DNA of 64,000 nt, taken from positions 51,522,001 to 51,586,000 of the forward strand of contig OX597817.1 of assembly GCA_951406725.2 (NCBI GenBank), in the 5' to 3' direction. This document shows, piece after piece, positions 26,443-39,797 of the stretch (position 1 is the first letter of the stretch; each line of letters opens with the position of its first letter). Source of the DNA: Octopus vulgaris (taxonomy: Eukaryota). Below the pieces are notes generated by a model that was given only the letters and a program-made list of their open reading frames with translations, had not been told where the DNA came from and ran no database searches. Position numbers and translations under genes: made by a program.

Positions 26443-27084
26443 GTCTATATATCTGTCTATATATCTGTCTATCTATCTATCTGTCTATCTATCTATATAT
26501 CTATCTATATGTTTGTATGTTTGTCTGTTTATCTATTTATCCATCTATCTTTCTGTCTGTCTATATGTCTATCTATCTATCTGTCTAGCTATCTATCTGT
26601 CTGTTTATCTCTCTGTCTATTTATCTAGCTATTTGTCTTTCTGCCTACTTATTTACCTATCTATCTATTTATCTCTCCAACTGTCTGTCTCTCTATCTAT
26701 TTATCTATCTGTCTGTCTATCTATTTACCTATCTATCTATTTTTTTATCTATTTATATATCCAACTGTCGATCCGTCTATCTATTTACCTATCTATCTGT
26801 CTATCTGTCTATTTATCTACCTGTGTCAATCTATCTATCTAACTACTAACTCCCTGTCTCTCGTTTTATCTCCCACCTTTTCTTTTATCAATATTTTCTA
26901 TTTCTTTATCAGCGTTCATATTTTTTCTTACCATTGTTATCTTTCATCTGAGTTGTATCACTAAAAGAATTATTTTGATTTGTCTCAATTTAAAACTTTT
27001 AAAACTTCGAATTCAAATTATTTTTGACGTAAATTAAATAATATAGAATTTTTTTGCTAGGCACATATGTGTGCATATATGTCT

Positions 27085-27232
27085 GTATGATAAGACGCTT
27101 GCTTCCCAAGCACATATTTCCGGGTTCAGTCCCACTACATGATCCCTTGGGCAGCTGTCTTGTACTATAACCTTAGGCCGACCAATGCCTTGTCAGTGGA
27201 TTCGGTATACACAAACTGAAAGAATCCCGTCG

Positions 27233-27263
<31 letters not shown>

Positions 27264-27467
27264 ACACATATGTGTGTATGTATGTATGTATGTAAGTAGG
27301 TAGGTAGGTAGGTAGGTAGGTAGGTAGGTAGGTAGGTAGGTAGGTAGGTAGGTAGGTAGGTAGGTAGGTAGGTAGGTATACGTCTGTGTGTCGATTTTTT
27401 CGATTAAAGACGGTGCTCCAACATGGCCGCCGCAATCAAATTACTGAAACAAGTAAAAAATAAAAGA

Positions 27468-27468
<1 letters not shown>
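27085..27468 (+). mobile_element. SINE family A with internal (GGTA)n
   Basis: cgggttcagtcccac head and gtgctccaacatggccgc tail. Confidence 0.7.
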
Positions 27469-27509
<41 letters not shown>

Positions 27510-27549
27510 CGACCCGACGCTATAGTGGAAGACACTTGCACACGCACCC

Positions 27550-27975
27550 TAAAGACAAATTCACTGCAAATTCTCTCTTATGATAAAAGGTGCAAAACCA
27601 CCCTACCGGAAGCGCAGGGTAGATATGGCTTTTACTACCGTAAGACAGAATACTTTTCGCCACGGTAACTGCAAGACACATTTTAGCTAAACTAATGTTT
27701 GTGCTTCACCGCTGCCTCCATAATGCTGCTATTTTTTTATCCCGACCAAGGAGTCCATTAGTGTAGTCACTGATGTTTTAAGTAAAAGACACGGCTTTGA
27801 ATGTGCCCGGGTTTAGCTCTCTTCGGATTTTCCTACGGGGAAAGGCTTTAAAAAAATCTGAAACGCGCGTCGGCGAATGTGCTAGAGGGCAGCACTGGGT
27901 TGATATGGTGCTTTTACACCATAAGAGAAATTTGTTTTTTCTCCACCGTATCTGCAGTGAACTTGCTTTTAGAAG
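27550..27975. repeat. MITE-like element with decayed terminal inverted repeats
   Basis: aattcactgca/aattctctcttatg ... cataagagaaatt/tgcagtgaactt. Confidence 0.45.
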
Positions 27976-28048
27976 TTAAAATATGTCACAAATTCCGTTT
28001 ATAATATAATGTAATATATTTTATACCAGTATATATACATATATATAT

Positions 28049-28235
28049 ATGGAAAAAAAGTCACGATAATAATCTTAGAAAAATCATTTCAGTACCGGTT
28101 TCAGTCATTGAGACTTTTTAAACTGTAAGTATGGAAAACAATAAAATTTTGGAAAAAATTAAAAGAAAAGGTTTTTTTAAAAGAATGTTTCTGCCTGTCT
28201 CTGTCTCTCTTGTTTACTTTTGTGGGTTCAAGGTC

Positions 28236-28238
<3 letters not shown>
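28049..28238 (-). mobile_element. (TA)n-embedded element with a variant hammerhead (28090-28125)
   Basis: Minus: cag TTTAAAA agtctcaatgact GAAA ccgg TA ctg; related to 56392-56740. Confidence 0.6.
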
Positions 28239-28289
<51 letters not shown>

Positions 28290-29240
28290 TTAAAATGGCT
28301 TCAGTGCGTTTGTATAATGTTGGGGAAAAAGTAGTATTGACCTATGTTTATTACGTCTTGAATTACATATTGACCCATATGAACTTCGCTCTGGAGTTAT
28401 TTCGTGAATTACACAATTTCACCCGGACAGTCGGGGTAAAAATCAATGTAAAATGTAAACTGAATGATGTTGCGCTATGTTTAATCAAAAATTATAATAT
28501 TCCGATTTTACTTGAGAGTTCACACCTCTGGTACTTCAGAGATGTGACTGGAATGTCACAGCAAAAAAACATTTTAAAAAAAAGTCCCACGACGGACTTT
28601 TCAAACCGAGATAACCGTTAGGAGACCTAAGGTTAAACCCAAAACGGAATGATTGGGAACCCGAAAAGAAAGTGCAATGTGGACATCTTCTGCCTACCCT
28701 GCTGAGATAAATGGTAAGTGGATGGGTGGATCATTACTTTAAATTATCCATGAATGTTTAGAACAGCGCATTAAAAGAACACTTTTCCAGGACGTTGCTA
28801 GAATATTCCAGTAAGATTTTACAACAGCAGTTGTAATACTATTCTGTGCTGGAGTTGATTGATGGAGAATTTCAAATTACTGAGAGAAGTGAAAAACTTG
28901 ACAGTGACGGCCATGTTGGCAAAACGGAAATTTGTTAGCTGTATCCCGCCAAACTGAAAAGAAACCATATAGCTAAGTTGAAGCATTGAGAAAATAAAAC
29001 AAACATAATGTATTAACTTTTGAAAACATTGCATTACTCAGAGGACATATCGATCGATGTTGTGTGTTGATATTGCTGCGATTCAATGTCTGATTTCATC
29101 ATAAGAGATTTCTGCTTTTTTTTATAAGTGTAAAATAAAATGAAACATAAAATCCAGTAGACGAGCTGTAAACATTTATGAAACACTATACGTATGTAGG
29201 ATATTTGCCTCCACATTTGGAAATCAATCTGTCCACCTAC

Positions 29241-29286
<46 letters not shown>

Positions 29287-29453
29287 CTCTATTTATTTAT
29301 CTATCTATCTATCTATCTCTCTCTATCTATTTCTCTACCTATCTATCTATCTCTCTATCTCTATCTGTCTCTCTATCTATCTATCTCTTTCTTTCTTTCT
29401 CTCTATCTATCTATCAGTGTCTGTATGTTTGTCTGTCTGTCTGTCTATCCAGT

Positions 29454-29832
29454 TGCAGGAGTGGCCGTGTGGTAATTACCTTGTTTTTAACAGCTACATG
29501 GTTCCGGGTTCAGTCCCACTGCGTGGCACCTTGGGCAGGTGTCTTCTACTATAGCCTCGGGCCGACCAAAAGCTTGTGAGCAGATTTGGTAGACAGAAAC
29601 TAAAAGAGGCCCATCGTATATATATATGCATATATATAAGTATATGCTAGTATGTTTGTGTTTGTTCTCCACCACCATCGCTTGACAACCGATGTTCGTG
29701 TGTTTACGTTCCTGTAACCTAGCGGTTCGGCAAAGGACAACGATAGAATAAGTACTACGCTTACAAAGATTAAGTCCTGGTGTCGATGTGTTCAATTAAA
29801 TGCGGTGCTCCAAATAAAAGCAAATAAAAGAA
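29454..29832 (+). mobile_element. SINE family A
   Basis: gcaggagtggccgtgtggta A-box, ggttcagtccc B-box. Confidence 0.8.
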
Positions 29833-29855
29833 TATATATATATATATATATATAT

Positions 29856-30137
<282 letters not shown>

Positions 30138-30181
30138 TTTTTCAAAAAGCAGCAAAAATATCACAAACACTCTTAATCAAA

Positions 30182-30450
30182 GTTAGAGCATCGGACTCGC
30201 GGTCGAGGGATCGTGGGTTCGAATCTCAGACCGGGCGATGTGTGTGTTTATGAGCGAAATACCTAAGCTCCACGCAGCTCAGGCAGAAGGTAATGCCAAA
30301 CTTTTGCTGACTCTTTTGCCACAAATTTCTCTCACACTTTCCTCCTGCATCTTGCAGCTCACCAGCAACGGACTGGCATCCCGTCCAGGTGGGGAACCTA
30401 TACGCCAAGGAAACAGGCTCTATGAGCCAGGCGTGGCTCGAGAAGGAACA
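30182..30450 (+). mobile_element. SINE family C, tail type 3
   Basis: Close match to 34457-34751. Confidence 0.78.
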
Positions 30451-30451
30451 A

Positions 30452-30498
<47 letters not shown>

Positions 30499-31962
30499 GG
30501 AAAAATTCAATTTAAAAATACTACATCAAATTTCACAAAATATAATATATATATATATATATATAAATTAGAAAAAAACCCCACCTTTTATCAATTCAAA
30601 ATGAAATGTTAAATTACACCATCTAGAAAATTACAGAAACATTTCATTGCGACCTTTGCATGTAAGCAAGGCGGTCAAAAATGTATATAAAAAGTAAATC
30701 TCTTTAAGTCTGGAAATATAAAATATTACAAATTTTGTAAATGCTGTAGGTCTATAAACTGAGGTTTATAAATGAGTCTGGCAGAAGGTGGGTCTTTAAT
30801 GATTTTTTGAAATTTGACAGCGAAACGATGTCTTTTAGCTTTCGTGGTGAGATATTATGTTAATACTGTTATAAATAGAGCTTTTTTGACAAATTGCTAC
30901 TTGACAAAAGTCAAGTCAGTGATACGATTTGGTTAGCTTGCTGCCTTGCATATAAAATTGCGGTCATCTTTGGGCTGTTGCTTCATTTGAATGTCTGAAG
31001 TTGCTTGGTCAAATGAAAAATCGAGTTGTTAACATCGCGTGCCTTATTCTTTCTTCACAGTCGGAGTCTCTGGGTCATCGTTGGAATTTATCTTCGTTGT
31101 GTCTTTTCTATAAGTGTTTCCATGTTCATTGCTCTGATAAGCTTTCTCGTTCAATACCCTCTGTCAAAACGTTTTAACATATTACTCTCTTCTCTTGTCA
31201 AGCATATTGTTTCTCTGCTGAGCCTCCCGTAAGTCATGGGTCCTTATATTCTAACAGATTTTGTACTCAAACTGCTGCTCTCTTGAATTCACTAAAGCCA
31301 TTATCTTGTTAAGTTTTAGTTTTTTTTTGTTTCTAGTCTATGCTATTTAGTCCCTAAAGCTTTCTGTCAATCGATAGATCTTTTAAATTTCTAGGTCCCT
31401 TCTTTCCCTAACGCTAAAGCGGCCTCAAGCCTTGTTCGGGAGAATAAGATGTTATATCACAGGTTCGGACGGCGAACCTTCACCGATGATGTGCCCTAAC
31501 TCAACTACCGAACTTTGCTTTTCTTTATTAGCCACGAGGGCCCAAAATAGAGGGGAACAAACAAGGACAGACAACACAAAATATGGGGTACATATAACGA
31601 AGGATAATTATGAAAGGGAATATTTACATTGAATAGAATAGAATGGCTTACGAGCCCCCCAAAGCTCGCTGTTTCCTTTTTCAGTTCTTTTATACAGTTT
31701 GTAATACAATTTTGTTTATCCATCTGTTATACGTTCTATTATGTCCTCCAGCCCAGTCACGTTTGCCAACAACCGAACTTTCAACGTCCTGGCTATCACA
31801 GCCACTATTTATACGTAGTGGACTAACCTACTTTCCGTCTGGGGGTTTTCATACAGCAGACGTATAAAACACATCCCTGCATTATTAACATTCTTTAGGA
31901 AGAGACTGACGTCAATAAGAAAATTTGTAAAGTAATCTAGAAGACAATCAGGACCAACAACA

Positions 31963-32339
31963 GTGTAGGCGCAATGGCCCAATGGTTAGGGCAGCGGACT
32001 CGCGGTCGGAGGATCGCGGTTTCGATTCCCAGACCGGGCGTTGTGTGTTTATTGAGCGAAAACACCTAAAGTTTCACGAGGCTCCGGCAGGGGGTGGGGG
32101 TGGCGACCCCTGTTGTACTCTTTCGCCCGAACTTTCTCTCACTCTTTCTTCATGTTTCTTGTCCCCGACTCCCTACGCAACCGCTGAGCCTGGATGCGCA
32201 CTCATCCATCCGTCGATGCTCTCGGTGTCGGGGGTTGACCTGCTCTCTCTTCTGTGGGTTTTACGAATAGCAAGGGACCACGTTTCGGACTTCTCCCACT
32301 ACAGAGACGAAGACCGTTCGCTCAACAGCAACAGCTCAA
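31963..32339 (+). mobile_element. SINE family C, tail type 2, with 14-bp TSD
   Basis: caggaccaacaaca at 31949-31962 and 32340-32353; tRNA-like head. Confidence 0.88.
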
Positions 32340-32892
32340 CAGGACCAACAACAATTAACGAAGCAGAGCTAATGTAATCATATCATCCATTACGCTTAGA
32401 AAACCACAGCAATATAATCTTTAATCCCAAGTAATCTGACTCGTAATGACTGTTTGCGCTGAAGATTTAAATTCAATCAAAACAAACAAAATTCAAATCA
32501 GCCAACTTTAATATAATATGAATATATTGAGTCAAGAAAGTCAGTAAATAAATTATAATAACTGCATGATATAATTCATATCTATAACTTCGTTTATCCA
32601 CCCGGAATATAGAATTTCTCAATAAACGTCTAGACAATTATATATTAAGAGAAGATTTAGAGGAGCTGTTTTTTTAAAATTTTGTGTATTATTTTTACAT
32701 TTTTTTTATTTAAATGTTTTAGAATTATAAATTAAAGTAAAATCAGTTTACAATTTCTTCTGAAAAAGTATTCGTTTTCTACTTTGAGACATATTTCTGA
32801 GTTTGTAATTTAATAAATGGGTTTCTTTTTTATTTTAAGAAACATTGAATGGCTTATAACGTATTTAGAAAGCAATATTATATACCAATTTT

Positions 32893-33035
32893 TAAATAAT
32901 TGCCAGTTATTAATACATGTGTGTCTGTGTGTGATTTTTTTTTTATTTTCGTAACGTGTGTATAATAAATCACACGTTACGAAAATAAAAAAAAATCATG
33001 CACACATGTATTAATAACTGGCGTAATTATTTAAA
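32893..33035. repeat. Hairpin/inverted repeat with a partial direct duplication
   Basis: gccagttattaatacatgtgtg...ttattttcgtaacgtgtg / cacacgttacgaaaataa...cacacatgtattaataactggc. Confidence 0.75.
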
Positions 33036-33427
33036 AAGTCACACGTTACGAAAATAAAAAAATCACACAGACACACACACACACACACACACACTAACGA
33101 GATGACACTGATGCTTATACCTGAAAACTTTGCCCGTGAATCAGAACTTGTTTGGACAGGTTTTACAAAGTTTCCTAAAGTTTCTCCTGGGCAGGGATGT
33201 AGTCAGATGTAAGGTCACGGCATTGGGTGGGGGTGGGGGTCATTCAGCTCGGCACCAATGTCGTCAAAGTCGTTGCTGCCAGAATACAAAGCTCTAGAAT
33301 AGATACTGCGAGATCTAAGCTATTCTGCGGGTGTATTTTCGCCAGGAGAAACCTTCAAGTAAAAGAAAATATGGTACCTAATTGCCCCAGCCAGGATGCA
33401 ACTCACATTCCAGCTCGTACTATCATT

Positions 33428-34830
33428 ATTCTTTTCTACGCTAGGCACAAGGCCCGAAATTTTGGGGGAGAGGGCCAGTCGATTAGAACGACCGCAGTAT
33501 GCAATTAGTAATTTATCGACCCTAAAAGGATAAAAAGTCGACTTCGGCGGAATCTGAACTCAGAACGCAAAAACAGACGAAATACCTATTTCTTTACTGC
33601 CCACAAGGAGCTAAGGACAGAGGGGACAAACAAGGACAGACAAAGGGATTAAGTCGGTTAGATCGACCTCGGCGGAATTTGAACTCAGAACCTGGCGGCA
33701 GACGAAATACCTATTTCTTTACTACCCACAAGGGGCTAAACACAGAGAGGACAAACAAGGACAGACAAAGGGATTAAGTCGATTATATCGACCCCAGTGC
33801 GTAACCGGTACTTATGTAATCGACCCCGAAAGGATGAAAGGCAAAGTCGACCTTGGCGGAATTTGAACTCAGAACCTAACGGCATACGAAATACCGCATA
33901 GTATTTCGCTCGGCGTGCTAACGATTCTGCCAGCTCGCCGCCTTTAGTGGAAACAATATTCTTTTCTACTGTAGGTACTACCATTATTACAACAATTTAC
34001 TCTTCACTGAACAAACTTTGATCTTAAAACTGCGACTAAGGCAGCGTGCCGGCAGAATTGTTAGCATGCGAGGCAAAATTCTTTCGACATTTGTTCCTGC
34101 TTTAAGTTCTGGGTTCAAATCCCGCCGAGGTCGACTCTACCTTTCATTATTCCGGGGTCGATAAAATAAGTAGCAGTTGAACACTGGGGTCGATGTAATG
34201 AACCTAATCCTTCCCCTAAAAGTGCGGACCTTATGCCAAAATTTGACAACGATATTGAAATCGCGATTAAGATGATGAGCTGGCAAAATTGTTTGCACGC
34301 GAGACAAAAATGCTTAACGGCTTATCGTCCGTCTTTACGATCTGATGTCAAAATCCCCCAAGGTAGAATTTGTTTTTGCATCCTTTTGCAGTCGATAAAA
34401 TAAATACCATTCGAGAACTAGGATCGATTTACATGACTTTTTCCCACCCCAAATGGGAGGCTCATAGCTTAGTGGTTAGAGCAGCTGATTCGCGGTCGAG
34501 GAATCGCGTGTTCGAATCTCAGGCCGGGCGATTTGTGTGTTTATGAGCGAAACACCTAAGCTCCACGCGGCTCCGGCAGAAGGTAATGGCAAACTTCTGC
34601 TGACTCTTTCGCCACAACTTTCTCTCACTCTTTCCTCCTGTATCTTGAAACTCACCTGCGACGGACCGGCGTCCCGTCCAGGTGGGGAACCTATACGCCA
34701 AAGAAACCGGGAAATCAGCCCTTATGAGCCAGGCAGGGCTCGAGAAGGAACAAAAAATTCCCACCCGAGAAATTCCTCGCCTTGTGTCAAAATTTGAAAC
34801 CGCGATTAAGGCGACGAGTCTGGCAAAATC
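33428..34830. mobile_element. Cluster of SINE family B (tandem minus copies 33428-33943, plus copies from 34038) with a nested family C copy (34457-34751)
   Basis: Repeated ggcggaatttgaactcagaac units and their reverse complement. Confidence 0.8.
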
Positions 34831-35272
34831 GTTAGAACGATTAAAATTGCATCATATTTGCTATCGCTATTCCGCTTGTGCTTCTCTCTACTTTGTCTAA
34901 ATGCTTTTGCGCAAGAAGCATAGTATCTGTACGATACACAATAATGTACGATACACAATAATGCTTTATTGATATTCATTCTACTCCATGTAATTGTAAG
35001 CAATGTTGACAAACGTAAACTATTATCCACTACATTAAGTATTGTTTTCTTTAAAGAATAACGAATATGACATAAATGCATTTTTCTAAAAATTTATCGT
35101 AAATATTAGTAATAAAATTCCTCTTAATTTCACTGGTATTATGTTCAAATAATTATTAAATTATTAAAACGTATTCTCTCAGGATAAACATTTGAAAATA
35201 TGTTTTGATAATGTCTTTGTACAATATGCATATTGCTTGTAAATGTATGAGAATAACATTACAGTTATTATA

Positions 35273-35309
<37 letters not shown>

Positions 35310-35435
35310 TAAATTGGAGACAAAACTACTATTAGGCAAATCATACAATGAAAAACGTAAGCCAATACATAAGATTATTTAATTTATATTATTTAAATAT
35401 ATAACAAAATTATTAAAAATATATAATTAATATAA

Positions 35436-35499
35436 CACTACGATCGTTTCATGGCTGTTAATTTCTTTAAATTTTCGAGTTACAGTCATTCATCAGGTG
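35436..35499 (-). ncRNA. Type-I hammerhead ribozyme with a canonical core
   Basis: Minus: cac CTGATGA atgactgt...acagccat GAAA cgatcg TA gtg. Confidence 0.85.
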
Positions 35500-36776
35500 G
35501 TTTAAATATTTATCTTGGCGAGAAGTTTCATGATAAATAATAATTATTTAATAACATTAATAGCTCCCTATTAAAGGTTATTCTAGTATATAAATTTTAT
35601 GTGTTTAGAGTACCATTATAATTGTTTAGTTATGTAGTTTAGGTTTTAATTATAGTTAGGCTATAAATGGTATTTCTTTGTATTAATTAATTTATTATTA
35701 ATGTATATTAATATATAACTGTTTATGGAATATTGAGTCTGGTAAGTTAAAATTTTATTTATATTAGATTTATTTTATTTTATTTATTTATTTATTTTAT
35801 TATATATATATATATATATATTTTATATGTATATATGTGTATATATATTATTTTATGGATGATATGGGCGTGTATATAGTGGTGTATATATCGAGTATTG
35901 TATGTATGTTTAGTATGTATAAGTATGTATAATGTATGTATAAGTGTGTGTTGTAGGTGTGTGTACATATGTGTGTGTATATAAGTATGTGAGTATATAT
36001 GTGTATTTGTGTATGTATATGTATTTGTATGTAGTTGTGTGTGTGTGTATATACGTGTATGTGTATATGTGTATATATGTATATGTGCAGATGTGAATTT
36101 GGTATTTTATTATATTGTGTATACGTGTTGTGGTTGTTTTATAATTTTGCCGAATGGGTTTGTTTGAATATTAGTTTTAGTTGGGATGTGAGGGTGTGGG
36201 AAATAGTTTATAGGGTGGGGTATTGCTATATATGTTTGTTTGTGTATGTACGTATTTAGATTTGTTTATTTACATTAATTTATTAATTTATTATAATATA
36301 ATATTAATTTATGGCTTAAATGGGTATAACTTGTTACGGTTTGATTTGGATGAATGGGAGCCACTAGGTGTTTAGGGGTGTTTTTGGATGGTTGTTCCCT
36401 ATATATTGTGAATGTTTCCAATCCCCTTGTATTATACTTGGTATGTTGATCATGGTAGTTTTATTTTTTATTTGGGTATTCTTTGTAGCCATATATACGT
36501 TTATATAGATGTTTAGGAGGGTGTCCGTGAATATGCATGTGCATGGGTGTGTGTGCATGTGTGCGCGTGTACAAGTGCATGTGTAGATGCGGGAGTGCAT
36601 GAGTGCTATGTAAATGCGTGTGCTTGTGTATGCACTTGTATACATGCATGTTTGAATGTGCGTGAGATTGCACCCGTTTGCGTGTACATACTCATATATA
36701 CATATAATAAATATTTATTTATTTTTTTGTGAATGTGTGTATTTTTATATATATGTGTATTTGATGATATGTGTGA

Positions 36777-36812
<36 letters not shown>

Positions 36813-38382
36813 GGATGTATATATATTTATTTATTTATCTTTATGGGTGTGGGTGTGAATATATTGGTGTATATATCGAGTATTGTACGTATGTATATGT
36901 ATGTGTGAGTGGGTATATGTATATGTTTGTGGGTGTGTGTTATATGTGTGTGTATTTGTGTGTGAATGTATAGATTAAGGGGATTGCTATATAGGTTTGT
37001 TATTGTGTATGGTAAAGGGAGGTTTTATCATTATATATGTATGTATGGGTTTCGTTTATCATGATTGTTTTATTAAAGAATTTTGTAGTAAATTCAGTCT
37101 ATTTACGTTGATTAACATATTATTCCATTCTATTCCATTCATAATCTTTAAAATAACGTTCGTTCATCACGCGCAAAGAATTTATTAAAAATATGTTCTA
37201 TTTCTATGGTAACGTAATTTTGTAAACGCTGTAACAGTTAGACTTTTAAATTCACTTCATAACTTAAAATTGAATAGAAGGTATGTATTTTTTTCTCCTT
37301 ATGTTAATCTTGTTGTTTATGTAGTGTTCTATTTATCGTACTTTTCTTTGTTATTAATTAATTATTAAATAATTTAGACATACTTTGATAAATAGATAGG
37401 TTCGTTTTTAAATGGTTTATGTTTAATAATAGAATAATTCTATATAAGTTATTATTCACATTCATAAATTTGTTTTAGAGTGGAGTTGGGGTTTTTAATA
37501 GTATAATAATAGTATATTGCTGAGTAGGGAATGTTACTGTATGTATGTGGCTGAGTGTATGTATCTGCTGAATTTGTTACTCCTCTGTGTTGGAGTGGCG
37601 GTAGGAGTGCGGTTGTATGTGAGTGATTGTGTGTGAGTGTGTGTGGGTGTGCATTGTTTATGTGTAGAAATGTTGTTTTCTTTTGAGTATTTATGTATGT
37701 GTGAATGTGTGTGTGTGTTTGTTTGCGTATTTGTGTATGTTTGTTGCATGCATGTGGTATTTGGAATATGTGTGTGTGTGTGTTTGTTTTAAGTATTTAT
37801 GTATGGTTGTTGTATATATGTGGTATATGGTATTTGGTAGTTTCTTGCTAAGAATGAAATGTTTATGTTGTTGTGGTTGAGTATATGCGGCTGCTGGATG
37901 TGTGGTTGTCATGCAGAGTGAGTGTGTTTATGAATGAGGGTTGTATATGTGTGTGTGGGAGTATGAATAAGTAATGTGTAGAAGTTTTTGGCTACTTTAT
38001 TAATTTATCGTTGCCTAGATGTTTATGTGTATGTATAGATATATATATATATGGGTGTGTGAGTGAGTGTATGTATTTAGATATGTTTATATATACTTAG
38101 ATATATGTGTATGAGCATGTGTGTATATATATTTTATTTTTATTTTTTGTTTTTTGTTTTTTTGTTTTTTGAAATTAGACTCTTCATCTTTAAATATGAG
38201 AACTTTAATACTAGGTTTCTTTATATTCAATTGTTTATAGAGGTTATTTTAGTTCTTGATTATATATAGATTATATATAGATTATATATATATATTTTTT
38301 CATTGATAAATTTATATTATTTATAGTTTTAGTCATTTTAAATTTATAGCTTAAAAATATTGATTATTTTTAGATCTGAAAT

Positions 38383-38429
38383 CCATCCTGATGAATGTCC
38401 TTTGAAGAGACACGAAACAATGGTAGTGG
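38383..38429 (+). ncRNA. Type-I hammerhead ribozyme with slightly decayed stems
   Basis: ccatc CTGATGA atgtc-ctttgaaga-gacac GAAA caatgg TA gtgg. Confidence 0.7.
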
Positions 38430-38643
38430 CGAATTTAATTTTATTTAATTTATATTAAATTTTTATGTATTCGATTAAGTCTTTCTTTGTTTGATTTGCA
38501 AAATAGTGGTTTTGTCTCTAATTAATATTATATAAATCCTAAATCTAATTTTTCCCTGTAAATTTGGATTTATTCCCTAATATTTATTATTATATATACA
38601 TATATATATATACATATATATATATATACATATATATATATAC

Positions 38644-38697
<54 letters not shown>

Positions 38698-38827
38698 TTG
38701 AGTAGTTGAATGAATTATCTTGTTATGGATAATTCGGTTAACCGATACCTGGGTAGCAAATTCATATCAGAGAAGACACGTTTGAAGTTACGCGCTTTAG
38801 TGTGGAAATTTGTATGTTTTTTTTTTA

Positions 38828-39234
38828 ATATAAATATATAAAAGAATGGAGTTGACCGACGAATTAACAAAATTCCTTTATTTTCGACATATGTTTCGAA
38901 GGCTGCATATTCCTAATTGCGAAGGAATAAGGAGTATATTATGCCGCTTTCTCAACAGGAAAAGCAAGGAACTTATGTCAACATCAAGATGCACAAAAAA
39001 CTTTTAGATGACTGCCCACACGATTATCATTATGGGCTCTGTGTGAGCAGTCATCTAAAAGTTTTTTGTGCATCTTGATGTTGACATAAGTTCCTTGCTT
39101 TTCCTGGTGAGAAAGCGGCATAATATACTCCTTATTCCTTCGCAATTAGGAATATGCAGCCTTCGAAACATATGTCGAAAATAAAAGAATTTTGTTAATT
39201 CGTCGTTCAACTCCATTCTTTCATATATTTATAT
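38828..39234. mobile_element. Near-perfect 407-bp palindrome with a hammerhead on each arm
   Basis: About 193-bp arms, about 20-nt spacer near 39021-39040, only a few mismatches. Confidence 0.9.
39099..39181 (+). ncRNA. Type-I hammerhead ribozyme (core position 6 altered)
   Basis: ttttc CTGGTGA gaaagcggcata...tatgcagccttc GAAA catatg TC gaaaa; mirror copy 38881-38963 (-) has CTGTTGA. Confidence 0.8.
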
Positions 39235-39254
39235 GAAAGAATGAAATTTATATG

Positions 39255-39742
39255 AAAGCCTCAAAGACATACAGCACCTCGAAAGAGTCCAGAGGCTGGC
39301 TACCCGCATGGTTCATGGTCTCAAAAATTTGTCCTACGAAGAAAGGCTGAGGACGCTCGACCTTTGTTCTCTTGAAAACGCCGCCGCCGTGGTGATCTCA
39401 TTCTCGCCCACAACATCATAAGCGGGAAGTGTAACCTCTCGAAAGAGCTGTTCTTCACTCCTGCTCCGGAGCGTCGGCTGCGGGGTCATTCCGAAAAGCT
39501 CTACCTGCGACGATTTCATCTCAATCGAAGGAGAGGAGCTTTCTCCGTCCGGGTTGCGGATCCGTGGAACAAGCTGCCAGACGAGATGGTGAAGATGCCG
39601 ACGACCGCTTTGTTCAAAGCCTCCCTGGACCTCAAGTGGCCTGAACTCTTTACATGAACACCACCCTGTACTTAACTCCATGTCCCCCTACATGGCCTTG
39701 CTATTTGCTTTTGAGCCAAATTAACTAACTAACTAACTAACT

Positions 39743-39745
<3 letters not shown>
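39255..39745 (+). mobile_element. CR1-group LINE 3' fragment with (CTAA)n tail
   Basis: LERVQRLATRMVHGLKNLSYEERLRTLDL...RRGDLI...RGHSEKL...FSVRVADPWNKLP. Confidence 0.88.

Positions 39746-39797
<52 letters not shown>

Larger units (their letters stand above)
35308..38592. mobile_element. 3.3-kb non-coding element bounded by inverted hammerhead-bearing ends, in (TA)n
   Basis: aattggagacaaaactactattaggcaaatca (35312) vs tgatttgcaaaatagtggttttgtctctaatt (38492-38524); a hammerhead in each end; strand-skewed T/G-rich interior. Confidence 0.75.

Noticed and set aside
28290-29200. Possible decayed DNA-transposon coding sequence (also 23570-24420)
   Set aside because: No motif or termini I could support by eye
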